From the NCBI RefSeq assembly GCF_006345805.1, contig NW_021828099.1, forward strand, positions 1 to 35,103: DNA of 35,103 nt, written 5' to 3'. A program made the position numbers and the translations under genes. Below, one piece after another: positions 1 through 11,488 of this stretch. Positions within the stretch are counted from its first letter, which is position 1. Every line of letters starts with the position of its first letter. The notes beneath the pieces were generated by a model that saw only the letters and a list, made by a program, of their open reading frames with translations, ran no database searches and was not told the origin of the DNA. Source of the stretch: Octopus sinensis (lineage: Eukaryota).

Positions 1-66
1 CAAACAGATGTATTATATATATATATATATATATACGCGAGAAAGAAGCAACAAGAATGGATAGGT

Positions 67-153
67 TTTAGTACGATCGTTTCATACAAGGACAGGTTTT
101 ATTAAAGTTGCAAAGATTACAGCATATAACGAGTCCCGTACTCATCAGCTAAA
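67..153 (-). ncRNA. Type I hammerhead ribozyme (minimal, palindromic stem III)
   Basis: Minus strand reads TTTAG-CTGATGA-GTACGGGAC...GTCCTTGTAT-GAAA-CGATCG-TA-CTAAA. Core CUGAUGA and GAAA intact, stem I TTTAG/CTAAA, stem II paired, GUA cleavage triplet. Confidence 0.8.
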
Positions 154-363
154 TACATGTGAGTTCTCTAGACATCCTAGTGTTTGAGGCTATACTCATG
201 AAGTAATGTAGATAATTAATTAACATAAACAGATTTCTAAAGTTCATTAAAGTTCTTTAAAGAACTTTAATGAACTTTAGAAATCTGTTTATGTTAATTA
301 ATTATCTACATTACTTCATGAGTATAGCCTCAAACACTAGGATGTCTAGAGAACTCACATGTA

Positions 364-451
364 TTTTAGCTGATGAGTACGGACTCGTTTATATGCTGTA
401 ATCTTTGCAAATTTTAATAAAACTGTCCTTGTATGAAACGATCGTACAAAA
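364..451 (+). ncRNA. Type I hammerhead ribozyme (mirror copy, one stem I mismatch)
   Basis: CTGATGA 370-376, GAAA 435-438, CGATCG 439-444, predicted cleavage after A446. The 3' strand of stem I reads CAAAA instead of CTAAA. Confidence 0.7.
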
Positions 452-601
452 ACCTATCATTCTTGTTGCTTCTTTCTCGCTTATAATCACCCCACATTAC
501 TGTATTGTTATAATCAGTATAGTTTTTTTTGGTGCATCTAAGTTAGGTACCATATTCAAGTAAATTCATTTAAATTAACTTGAATCTTTATTGCTCTTTG
601 T

Positions 602-654
<53 letters not shown>

Positions 655-1581
655 ATATATATATATATATATATACATATATATATAAAGGAATGCAAAA
701 ATGGGACAAGAACGCAAAACATCTTGATAGATGATACAAAAGAGGGACAAGAAAAAACACGGATGGGTCATTCGAAGTTTTCTTTCCTCAGTTGAGTTCC
801 AGATTATCTTTACAATTTCGGCTGGTTATACTCGAGATTGCTCCAATTTGGTCAGCCCCAAAGAAAAAATTTAGCTAACAGCATTAGATTCCTTGAAAGA
901 AAGCAGCGAATGTATACGAAAACAAGGACGGAGAAATGGTACACAAATACAAATACAAATGACAGGAAATACCAACAGGTTTCTTTCGACTAAGGATGAA
1001 TTAAATTAAGCTGGCATGTGAGGAAGTAAAGCCTTACGGCAGAGACATAAGGGATGACAGGCATGGGGAGGAATATAGATGTTGCAGAGATATTAGTCGA
1101 ACCAAGAAAGAAAAGTCAGGGTTGGCCGAACACCGGTCACGTGGGAAGAGAGAAGCGAGGTAGAGGCAGAGGGACAGAAAAATGAGGGAGGGACGAGAAA
1201 GAAAAAGGAGAGAGTGAAGTGAAAGAGGAGAGAAGGTGAGAATGAAGAGAAAGCCAGGAAATGTGAGAGAGGGGGAACGAACGAAAGAAAGAAAAGTGGA
1301 AAGAACGAAGTGTAAAGGGGCTGGTCTCATTCCTGGTGTAGTCTCCTTTCTGGCCAGCTGCAGCCAAACTGTCCAACCCAAGCCAGCATGGAAAGCAGAC
1401 GTAAAACAATGATGATGATGATGATGACGACGACAACGATGATGATGATGATGATGATATACCTACGAACTAAAGTGTAAAATTTATACTATTAAAAAAA
1501 CTGATTAGAACTGCCAATGCAGTCATTCTTTTCCTTTTTCCAAATACATACATATATATATATCTGCACACACACACCAAC

Positions 1582-1616
<35 letters not shown>

Positions 1617-1930
1617 CACACACACACAATTGTATCCATGTAGACGTTGTGTAAAACCATGCAGGTCAGCAAGTGTTCTCTTTCGTCGAGTAGACTTACA
1701 GTTATTCTGGCGACGTCGTTGTTTGACGTTACTCAATTTCTTTTTTATTTCGATATTCTCCGTGAGTGTTGCCCGGTGCTCTTTGCTTTTCAAGCTGCAC
1801 AGAAGAACGTTCGTGTCCGAGAAGCAGGATGCACTCCGCCGAAATTGTTCATACATCAATAAATAAACATAATACATCAATAGGAGTTAAAATTCCGACA
1901 TAATTTTACGGTTACAGTCTTTCCTTGCAT

Positions 1931-2183
1931 GGAGGTGCGTAGCTTAGTGGTTTGGATGTTGGACTCATGATCGAAAGATTGTGGTTTCGATTCCTGGACC
2001 GGGCGACACGTTGTGTTCTTGAGCAAAACACTTCATTTCACGTTGTTCCAATCCACTTAGCTGTCAAAAATGAGTAACAGTGCGATGGACCGGCGTCCCG
2101 TCCCCAAGGGGAATTTATACTCCACGGAAACCAGGAAACCGGCCCTCATGAGCCCGGCATGGTTCGAGAAGGAAACAAAAAAA
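1931..2183 (+). mobile_element. tRNA-derived SINE
   Basis: A-box-like TAGCTTAGTGG, B-box-like GGTTTCGATTCC, conserved-type central block TGTGTTCTTGAGCAAAACACTT, A-rich tail. Confidence 0.8.
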
Positions 2184-2742
2184 TCTTTCATTGCTCCGAG
2201 TATCTGCTGTAAATAGGGCACCTATTCAGTTTGGGTTTTGAAGTTTGCTCCTAAAAGGATACGTTTAATAGCTTCGAGTTTCAATTGATTTGTGTCGAGG
2301 CAGGCCTTGAAGGTTCTTGACACAGTCAAGGGGAATTAGGATGCCACATAGTTGCTTCCAAACAAAGGAATTTAAACTTGAAGGCTTCAAAGACATCCAT
2401 ATATCGATGGAGTGAAACTTCAAAACAGCTGCGCCAACAATTTGTAGCCGTTGCACAAGAAACCATGAGACAAGTGTGTATGTATATGAGATTATCTTAC
2501 AGATAATCTCACACATAACACACACATACGTACACACATGCTTTTAGCCAAAGTCACAAGAAAAGACTTAAGGACAAGAAAGTATGGAGAGAATGAAAAG
2601 GGTCTTTTTCTCAAGCACGTTTTACTTTTTTGTTTGTTTGTTCCTTCTCGACTACCGTGGGTGTTATGTTCCAGACCCCCCCCCTGTGATAGGTGAAAAT
2701 TTGCGAAATAGAAACAGTACTGTACTGTATTTTTATTTTATA

Positions 2743-3137
2743 CTAGCAGTATCGCCCGGCGTTGCTCGGGTTTGTAAGGGAAATAACTATATAAGCATTT
2801 TTAGAGAGTTATAGCCAAAAAATAGCAAAAAAATGCATTAAAAATGGAAAAAAAATGATGGTAAATTTTTTTTTAAATCGTTGACTCATCGTAGACATTT
2901 TTAGAGAGTTACTTCCCTTATATTAAAAAAATATGCATTAAAATGGAAAAAAATTATGGTAAATTATTTTTAAAGTCGTAGACTCATCGTAGACGCGCGC
3001 TAATACCCCGAAGGGCTCGATATGAATCACGACTATAAGATACCCGGTTTTGGTTAAACTGCACCGCAAAATGTGGGAGTAGTTAGGAATCTAAATCGGA
3101 GTAGACAGACACACAACCTTACTTTTATATATAAAGA
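2743..3137 (-). mobile_element. Non-autonomous Helitron, copy 1
   Basis: Minus strand: A|TC 5' end at 3137, subterminal hairpin CCCGAGCAACGCCGGG, CTAG|T 3' end at 2743. A close copy lies at 33575-33983. Confidence 0.85.
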
Positions 3138-4028
3138 TTATACTTATAAATTGTAAAAAAAATTATCTCTATACATAAAAGTGAAATGGCCGAAAGTTGT
3201 ATGTTTGCGTGTCTCATTTAGTGGTTATGCAGAGTTCAGTGGCAGTAGGCGTGCTCGGATTGCGACGAAGATTTACAGGAACATTTAAAATGAAGCGAGG
3301 AAGCGACTGGACTAGGTTAGAAATCTCCATCTCAAAAGCTGTGGTTACTAGGGCAACAAAACCTATTTTCAATCGATTCTGCAAGCTTTGGAGGTCGTGT
3401 TTTGTGGGCGATTTTAATAAAAAGCACACTTGCATGATTTATAGTCTCTTCTGTTTAATATTCGGTTAAATTTTTGTGGAAATTGTTGTTTAAAAGAAAA
3501 GATTTTATGAAGTGAAAAAAAGTTACATTTTTAGTCGTTTTATCGCAGGCAAAAGTGTTAGTAAATGTGGTCGGATTGACCTGCAAATTTGCACATCTAT
3601 GTTAAAAGTGCTGAGGAGTTTGCATGGCAATTGAAGGTTGTGGTCTCTAGGGCAAAATTCCCCATCTTTAAAATGTGGCCAAGTAGACTCGAATGAAATC
3701 GGGTTATAATACTAGTAATATATAAAATAGAGACGTGTGTGTATTCACTTTTCATGCGAAAAAGGCTTCACCAATTTGCTTCCATACTTGTCATACACGA
3801 ATAATTTGACCTCGGATAAGGCTCTTCGTTTGATTTTCTTTTTTATTAAAAAAATATTGCTTTTTAATTAGATTTACGTCTTTGAAAGGTAATATTTACT
3901 CCCGGTTTTATAGCGTCAGTGACGTAACACATCTCTCTGTCTATATCTCTTTATCCAGCTCCCTCTATCTATCTCTATCTCTCTGTAACATATCTCTCTG
4001 TATATCTCAATCCATATCTACCTATCTG

Positions 4029-4086
<58 letters not shown>

Positions 4087-4087
4087 A

Positions 4088-4123
<36 letters not shown>

Positions 4124-4262
4124 CTATATCTTTCTGTAACATATCTCTCTGTCCATATCTATATCTCTGTCTATCTCTATCTCTATATCTATCTCTCTGT
4201 ATCTATCAGTCTGTATCTTATCAATCTATATCTATCTATATTTCTCTTATTTGTCTGTCGAA

Positions 4263-4310
<48 letters not shown>

Positions 4311-4784
4311 GCCCCTCTCTTATATCTCACTCACTTTCTATTCTTTTCCCTTTCAATATTTGGACTCCATTGTTTTTATCACTTTAACTTCAATCGTTAT
4401 TGTTTTCTCTGTAAGTTTAAGTTTTCAATCGCTATTTACAAAACAAAAAAAAAAAACAAACTACTCACAGAAAGAAATTCACAATTATTAATATAAGTAA
4501 TTTCATAATTTACTGACATACGTATCTGCATAAATTTCACTTCAGTCCGTACAGTTTTGTGTTTTTCTGTTGTTGACAGTTTTTTCTTCTTCCTTCAATA
4601 CTAACGTTTTGCTTCACTGAGTAACGTTTTGCTTCAACCCATTCGATACTTATTTTCCGTTAAAATTTCTTTTCTTTTTTTTTACTTTCTACCCTTCGTA
4701 TTAAGAAATAGAATTTCCGTTACCAAGTTATTTTCATTCTTTACTATCTTCTGCACTCGTGTATTTCTGTATACGTATATAACA

Positions 4785-5595
4785 ATGCCTAGAAGGAAAG
4801 TGTCAAATTTGTTTACAATATCAAGGTCAGCCAAAAGAATGTCTCTGTCCGGTGAAAGAGAGGTAGGTGCAGAAAGGGAAGCACACCAAGAAACGAACAG
4901 ACCATGCACTACAGAAGCCAGAGCGTCTCAAAGTGATGAACAGAGGTGTGCACGGCTGAGAAGGAATAGGATCTCCACTGCAGAACAAAGAGCAGTTGCA
5001 ACAGCTCAGAGAAACAACTTCTACGAAGCAGCTTTCAATTATGATCCAGCGTTTCATTGTGCAGGTGACACTAGAGTTTCCATTGGTGCAATGACACCTG
5101 AGTACATCCACTGCAGAGCAAGGAAGTAGCCTGGAGAGACACCTGCACTGTGCTGCAGTGGTGGAAAGGTTCAACTCCCTGCAATCCCCCAACCTCCAGA
5201 GCCAATGAAGAAACTGTTGTCATCAACTGACCAAGATTCCAAGCAATTCCAAAACAAAATTAGACAATACAAAGCTGCACTACAGATGACATCATTTGGA
5301 ACCACAAGAGATTTATCTGATCCAGGATTCATGCAAACTTTCTAGGTCCAAGGTCAGATTTATCATCGGATTGGTTCTCTACTTCCTCTGGCAAATGAAT
5401 CACCAAACTTCCTTCAAATATATTTTATGGGTAATTCTCAACAAGAAGAGCAAGAGAGGTGCAAGAACATTTCCGGCATCAGGATGAACGTTGTAGTGTC
5501 GCTGCAAAAGATGCTGTATGACAACAACAACAACAACAACAACAACAACCTGATCAGAAGCTTCAAGACTACTCTTGAAACAATTCCACCATGGT
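4785..5595 (+). pseudogene. Helitron RepHel N-terminal region (Cys-rich motif and Helitron_like_N-type segment)
   Basis: Read through stops: HCRARK*PGETPALCCSGGKVQLPAIPQPPEPMKKLL...IRQYKAALQMTSFG...VQGQIYHRIGSLLP...FLQIYF, typical Helitron N-terminal motifs. In-frame (AAC)n at 5521-5549. Confidence 0.85.
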
Positions 5596-5599
5596 GACC

Positions 5600-5940
5600 C
5601 GTTAGCCGCACAATTCTCCAACTTACTTGATATTGGAAACTTCCACAAGATCTATGTGGTAATATAACTGCCTCCCTTGAAGAACTGAAGAACAAGGTGT
5701 TTCCAAACATTGCCACAAACTATAAAAGTCGCAAGTGGCTATGTGAAAGAACAATTCTGGCAGCAAGGAATGATGCTGCAGACAAGCTGAATCTAAATTT
5801 GCTGTCTCAGCTTCCAGGACCTGAATGTTCATACAGATCAATTGATTCTGTCCGTAATGAAGAAAACAGGTAACGCATTACTCACTGAAGTCTCCCAATT
5901 CACTTCATCCATCAGGATCTCCACCACACATTCTGATCAT
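5600..5940 (+). pseudogene. Helitron PIF1-type helicase fragment
   Basis: EELKNKVFPNIATNYKSRKWLCERTILAARNDAADKLN...LPG...YRSIDSV followed by degenerate SLHPSGSPPHIL, matching the VFPN...WLCERAILAP and NSLxPSGxPPHxL motifs. Confidence 0.8.
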
Positions 5941-6594
5941 TATAAACCGACACGTCCCACACGTGACAGCAGTCGTTCGACATAAGCCCACAGGTCGGAG
6001 ATTGTTGGACACTGCACGATTGCGTGCAGAACGGTTTCGTCGCTCTGACCGCATATCGGGCAGGTCGGCCCCGTGTTTCTCGAGCCATGCCTATAGAGCT
6101 TATCCCGAACGGGTAGCGCTTCACGGTAGCACTGCCAGGCCAGGGATCTCTGGAAGTTGTCCATAGGTCCCGGCCCGAAAGTCGTCTCAAACATGCGTGT
6201 CAGGTATTCCTCGTCGACGCCCAAGTTCGCCCCAAGATCGTCGTCATACCTCCCCTCCACTAATCCCCTATAGAATGCTTGGGTTGTGTTGAAGTCACTC
6301 AAGGTCGACCCGGGACGGCAGAGTTGCCTGAGAGCAACGCGACACTCGCGGTGCCATTCGCCCTTCCTCGGCCTCGTTTTGATCCACGACTGCAGTTCGG
6401 TCATGGAGACGAGCTGCGAGAAAGCGTGCCTCACAAACGGCGACCATACCTGTTCACCGTCGTCTACATAGAGCCGGAGATGTTGCAGTCTCAGCGCGTG
6501 TCTGCGCATCATCAACCACGGCATGCCCAGCCCTCCTTTTAACGGGTGTTGACAGCAAATGGATCGCCTGACCATCGGGACGCATCCTTTCCAC

Positions 6595-6597
<3 letters not shown>
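5941..6597 (-). pseudogene. L1/Tx1-like LINE ORF2 C-terminal fragment (post-RT region with zf-RVT CCHC)
   Basis: LWKG...VRRSICCQHPLKGGLGMP and CPICGQSDETVLHAIVQC. The 5' end abuts (TATC)n, and the first ~32 aa of ORF 5940..6692 are microsatellite-derived. Confidence 0.85.

Positions 6598-6680
<83 letters not shown>
6597..6680. repeat. (GATA)n microsatellite
   Basis: About 21 perfect units. Confidence 0.97.
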
Positions 6681-7218
6681 TGTCGCTTCCAATAAAATCC
6701 GTGTGCCGATTGCAAGATAACTATTCCGTTTTAGAGATCAAGTATGGTTTTATGTTGGCAGCGAACGTTGCGTTAGAGGTAAACATTGTGCCAGAAATAG
6801 CCTCGAGGTAAACTCTTTGTCACGTTAAAACCTAACTTGGAATTACGTCTTCTATACATTTGCAGTTTTAGGAAACCAGTTGAGAAATAAAAGAGAGGAA
6901 ACGAGAAATGGTTAACGGAGAAAGAAGCGATGGAATTGAGAAAGAAAGGGAAAATTCTTCGAGAGAAACTGTTAATTATACATAATAGAGACAACCATCT
7001 TAAGACTTATAGTTTTTTTAGCTTTTCTTTTTTTTATTTCTTTGTTATATTTTTGTCTGTTTTGTTATTTATTTGTTTCTTTATTTATTTATTTTATATT
7101 ATATTATATCACCTCCCGGAAATGAAGTAAGCCATATTCGTGACTTTTAATAACAATATGCTCAATACAGAAAGATGTTATTGAAGAATGTATGTATAAA
7201 TGTGTGTGTCTGTGCGTG

Positions 7219-7252
<34 letters not shown>

Positions 7253-7305
7253 AATATATATATATATTATATATATATATTACATATATATATATATTAT
7301 ATATA

Positions 7306-7343
<38 letters not shown>

Positions 7344-7372
7344 ACATATATATATATATATATATATATATC

Positions 7373-7414
<42 letters not shown>

Positions 7415-8014
7415 AATATATATACATTCTATACAGAAAGATGTTATTGAAGTATGTATGTATAAATAAGTCTGTTGCGTAAATATAATATATATATATT
7501 TACACACACATATTTATATATACCCATACACATGTACATATATATGTTTACATATAAATACATATGTATGTATACGGCTTTGTTCAAGGAGGGGTATATA
7601 CACGCATGTACATACACAAATACACATATATATTATATGTATGTGTATATATATATATATACATATATAACACATATGTATATTATATATAATATATTAT
7701 ATATATATCTATATATATATGTATATATATACACATACATATATATATAAATGTACACACAATTGTATGTATGTGTGTATATATATATATTTATATATAT
7801 ATATATATTGTATGTATGTATGTATGTGTGTGTGTGTATGTCTGTGTATGTGTGTGTCTGTGTTTATACACAGTAGCTCTCCTGTCGTTGCTGCTATTGC
7901 TCTCCTGCCGTTCTTGTTTCTTCTTTTGCTGTTGCTATGGTGATGACTTATGGACTTTTGTACATTGTAGAATTCTACAGATTGTGTAAAACCTTAGCGT
8001 AGCTGGGGGCGGCG

Positions 8015-8745
8015 GCGGAGGTGGTGGTGGTGGTGGTGGGGGTGGAGTTGGTGGGGGTGGTGGTGGTGGTGGTTGTGGTGGTTGTTGTGGTGGTTGTGGT
8101 GGTGGTGGTGGTGGTGGAGTTGGTGGTGGTGGTGGTGGTGGTGATGGTGGTGGTGGTGGTGGTGATGGTGGTGGTGGTGGTGATGGTGGTGGTGGTGGTG
8201 GTGGTGGTGGTGGTGATGGTGGTGGTGGTGGTGGTGATGGTGGTGGGTGGTGGTGGTGGTGGTGATGGTGGTGGTGGGTGGTGGTGATGGTGGTGGTGGT
8301 GGTGATGGTGGTGGTGGTGGTGGTGGTGGTGGTGGTGATGTGGTGGTGTGGGGTGGTGGTGGTGGTGATGGTGGTGGTGGTGTGTGGTGATGGTGGTGGT
8401 GGTGGTGATGGTGGTGGGTGGTGGTGGTGGTGGTGGTGGTGGTGGAGGGTGGTTGTGATGGCGGTGGTAGTAGTAGTGGTGGTGGTGGTGGTGATGACGG
8501 TGAAGATGATGTTGGTGGTAGTAACGGTGGAGATGGTGAAACTAACATATTGTATTATTAGTATTGTTTCTTTTATTTGTAGTAGTAGTAGTAGTAGTGG
8601 TGGTGGTGGTGGTGGTGGTAATAGTAGTCGTTGTAGTAGTAGTATTAGTAGTAGTAGTAATAGTAGTAGTAGTAGTAGTAGTGTTGGTGTTGGTGGTGAT
8701 GTTGTTTTTGTCACTATTATTGTTGTTGCTGTTGTTGTTGTTGCT
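8015..8745. repeat. Compound (GGT)n/(GAT)n/(AGT)n/(GTT)n microsatellite
   Basis: Trinucleotide runs that generate spurious Pro-, His- and Val-rich ORFs on both strands. Confidence 0.95.
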
Positions 8746-9119
8746 AGTGAATGTAATGTTGCAGTTGTCGTGGCAGTCGTCGTTGTTGTTGTTGTTTCCC
8801 CGCTGCCTTTTGTCCAAACGTTTTTAGTGATATCAAATTAAATGTGAAGAACGCTTCAGACTTGAAGCACGAACCCCCTCCACTCGGCATTCGAACCACT
8901 CCACTCGGCGTTGCACTGCTTTTCTCTGCACGTTCGCGCGTGTCACTGTGCGGCTTTCTGTGTGTGTGTGTGTGTGTGTGAATACGGCGTGTTTGAATGA
9001 AGAGTGACGGGGGTTGGTGGTGGCGGCGTGGCTTTGTGTGTGTGTATGTGTGTGTGCGTGTGTGTGTGTGTGTGTGTGCGTGTGCGTGTATGTGTGTGTG
9101 TGTGTGGGTGTGGGTGGGT

Positions 9120-9152
<33 letters not shown>

Positions 9153-9409
9153 AATATGGCGTGTTTGAATGAAGAGTGGCAGCGGCGGCGGCAGCGGTGG
9201 GGAGCAATGAATGAAAGCAGAGAATGGTGATCCGCATCTCCTTGATTTTTTCCCAACTCATTAGTTATCAGTTCCTTTCCACTTAGCGCAAAAACAGTCG
9301 TTCCTTGTGCAATCAAAGCGCCACGTGATTAAACAAACAAGTTTATGCAAATAAACGAAGCGAAATTAATATCCAGACCTGAGCCCTCGAATTCTGCTAC
9401 TGTATTTCA

Positions 9410-9692
9410 ATTTTTTTCCTTTCTACCTCATTGGATTGCGGTCATGCTGGAGCTCCACCTGGAAGAATTTAGTCTAACAGATCGACCCCAGTGCTTATAT
9501 GTTTTAAAGTCTACTTCTTATTTTATCGATCACTGCGGCCGAACCGCTGTGTTACGGATACGTAAACAAACCAACACCGGTTGTCAAACGGTGGTGGCGG
9601 ATATGGGGTAAACATGGGACTTGATTTCCACCCCCGAAATTCCCTCGCTGTGCATTGGTCGATCAGAAGTTTTAGTAAAAGACACTTGCCTG
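9410..9692 (-). mobile_element. Degenerate tRNA-SINE body and tail (CR1-type tail family)
   Basis: GCGGTCATGCTGGAGCTCCACC, GCCGAACCGCTG and ACCGGTTGTCAAACGGTGGT blocks match copies at 18518, 29893 and 34063. Confidence 0.65.
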
Positions 9693-9729
9693 ACGATAGG
9701 ATAAGGAAAGGAGAAATTTGGGGAAACCC

Positions 9730-10693
9730 CCAAAGAGTACAACAGGAGAATTAGGAAGGTGTTCGAATCAAAATTAAATGGCAGGAAGAGCATTAAAACC
9801 ATAAGTACATGGACCATGCCTGTATTGAGATTTTCTGCTACCTTTCTGAAATGGACAACGGTCAAGCTACTGACCTTATATAGAAGAAATGGAAAACTGC
9901 TCGCAATGCACAACATACTCCACCCTAAAAGCAATACTGACAAACTCCTCCTACCGAGAAAGGAAGGAGACAAAGGATCAATGCAGAAGACAACGTTAGT
10001 ATCGCGATATTTTTTGGGGACGGCGTTTAAAATTATGATATGCAGAGCAAAGAAAGAATACTATGGGCGGTTAGCGATGCCCCAACAGTTACTGAAATAG
10101 TGTAAGAATTCAAAGAGAAAAAGGGAAAACAGCAGAACAAGTAAATGGGAAAGAAATGGAATCATATGGCCAATTGATGCAACAAATTTAGAATGATGAA
10201 ATTAAAGAATGCTGGCTTTGGCCGTCAGATGGAAACCCGAAACAAGAACCTGAAGCGCTAATTATAGCTGCTGTGGAACAAGCCATTAGGACAATTCTGA
10301 TAAAGACCAAGATCAATAAAATTCAGACAGCACATGTATAATCTGCTGGAAAGGAGACGAAAGTATCAATCGGCTCTTGAATGAGTGCAGTATACTAACA
10401 CAAAAAGAGTATAAGTGCAGGCATGACTGTGAAGGTGAAAGAGTGCATTGCGATGTTAGTCAAGTGTGTGGATCCAAAATAACAGAAAACTGGTAAGAAC
10501 ACAAACCAGAGGCTGTGATAGAAAGTGAGAGCTACCGGATATTATGGGACTTCCCTTTAAAAGCTAATCGTACAACTGAAGCAAGAAAAGCAGATATAAT
10601 TATAGAAGACAAAATAAACAAAGAGCAGAGTCGAAACCAAAGAAATTGAAAAGAATTGAGAAATATCAGGATTTAGGCTGAGGAGCTGAAGAC
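9730..10693 (+). pseudogene. R4/Dong-type RLE non-LTR retrotransposon fragment A (RT thumb to RLE)
   Basis: KEYNRRIRKVFESKLNG...WTMPVLRFS...HNILHPKSNTDKLLLPRKEG, then a frameshifted EALIIAA/EQAIRT region and ILWDF motif. Confidence 0.8.
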
Positions 10694-11262
10694 AAATGTA
10701 ACGATTCTTTGGGACTTTCCAGTATCTACAGATCGGACCCTCAAAAGCAAATAAAGCAGATATTGTTGTGAAAGACCTAAACAATAAAGTCTGTTTATTG
10801 ATTGACATGAGGAGCAAACCCTGTGAGCATAATATCTCGGTAAAAGAATTAAAGCGCAGAAAATATAAAGATTTGCTGATAGAAATCGAAAACATGTGGT
10901 ATCTGGAGACAGTTAGAATACCAGTGATTGTCGGGGCAACTGGAATGATCCCTGGCTTATCATCCATGCAGGAAGTGCAAAAGATTGTCTTCACAGCTAC
11001 GTCAAACGTAGCAGTGAGAAGAGCAGCGTCGCTGTGAAATTTCTCTCCATTTCCCCCCTTATTTTCTTTGATTTATTTTTTACATTTTCTTTATTCCTTC
11101 TTTTCTCTGTCTTTCTTCCAATCACATGACTTTGTAGACGAACAATCTGGTGTCTTTGTCTTAATGGCCTACCAATGTATACAGTGTGTTTATCTGACCT
11201 AGGTGTCAGGAAGACACTCGGCAAGAAATGGAAATAGAATTGAAAGATGATAATGAAAGTAA
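10694..11262 (+). mobile_element. R4/Dong-type fragment B (RLE C-terminus and 3' UTR), same subfamily as E
   Basis: NVTILWDFPV...DIVVKDLNNKVCLLIDM...KYKDLLIEIENMW...IPVIVGATG, stop at 11037. The 3' UTR matches 14620-14719 and is followed by (GAT)n/(AAT)n. Confidence 0.85.
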
Positions 11263-11334
11263 AAATAATAATGATAATGATGATGATGATGATGATGATG
11301 ATGAGGATGATGATGATAGTAATGTTGATGATGA

Positions 11335-11487
<153 letters not shown>

Positions 11488-11488
11488 T

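Larger units (their letters stand above)
37..480. repeat. 444-bp spacerless near-perfect palindrome (inverted pLTR-like fold-back); element probably extends to ~600
   Basis: Centre TTT|AAA at 258/259. Inner 105 bp of each arm (154-258 vs 259-363) are exact reverse complements. Outer halves differ at about 8 positions, mostly homopolymer indels. (TA)n flanks at 11-35 and 601-686. Confidence 0.95.
3166..5940 (+). mobile_element. Defective, internally deleted Helitron (RepHel)
   Basis: A|TCTCTATACATAAAAGTG 5' end resembles the non-autonomous copies. RepHel-homologous coding remnants from 4785. No 3' CTAG seen; sequence ends against the LINE fragment at 5941. Continuity from 3166 to 4785 is inferred. 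Confidence 0.6.

Noticed and set aside
687-1320. Purine-rich segment after (TA)n with a minus-strand CTGAGGA...CGAA motif near 770-795
   Set aside because: GAAA is incomplete and I found no stem I partner. It is probably an interspersed repeat, but I cannot assign a class.
2265-2537. Minus-strand MWHPNSP resembling the Tc1/mariner WPxNSPDL motif
   Set aside because: No surrounding transposase similarity and no terminal inverted repeats.
6690-6720. KIRVPI as a possible continuation of the Helitron helicase after the LINE insertion
   Set aside because: Similarity does not extend to the expected LLRNL/NGTRL motifs.
7935-8841. Pro/His/Thr-rich ORFs up to 259 aa resembling extensins
   Set aside because: They are translations of (GGT)n/(GAT)n microsatellite and are open in several frames on both strands.
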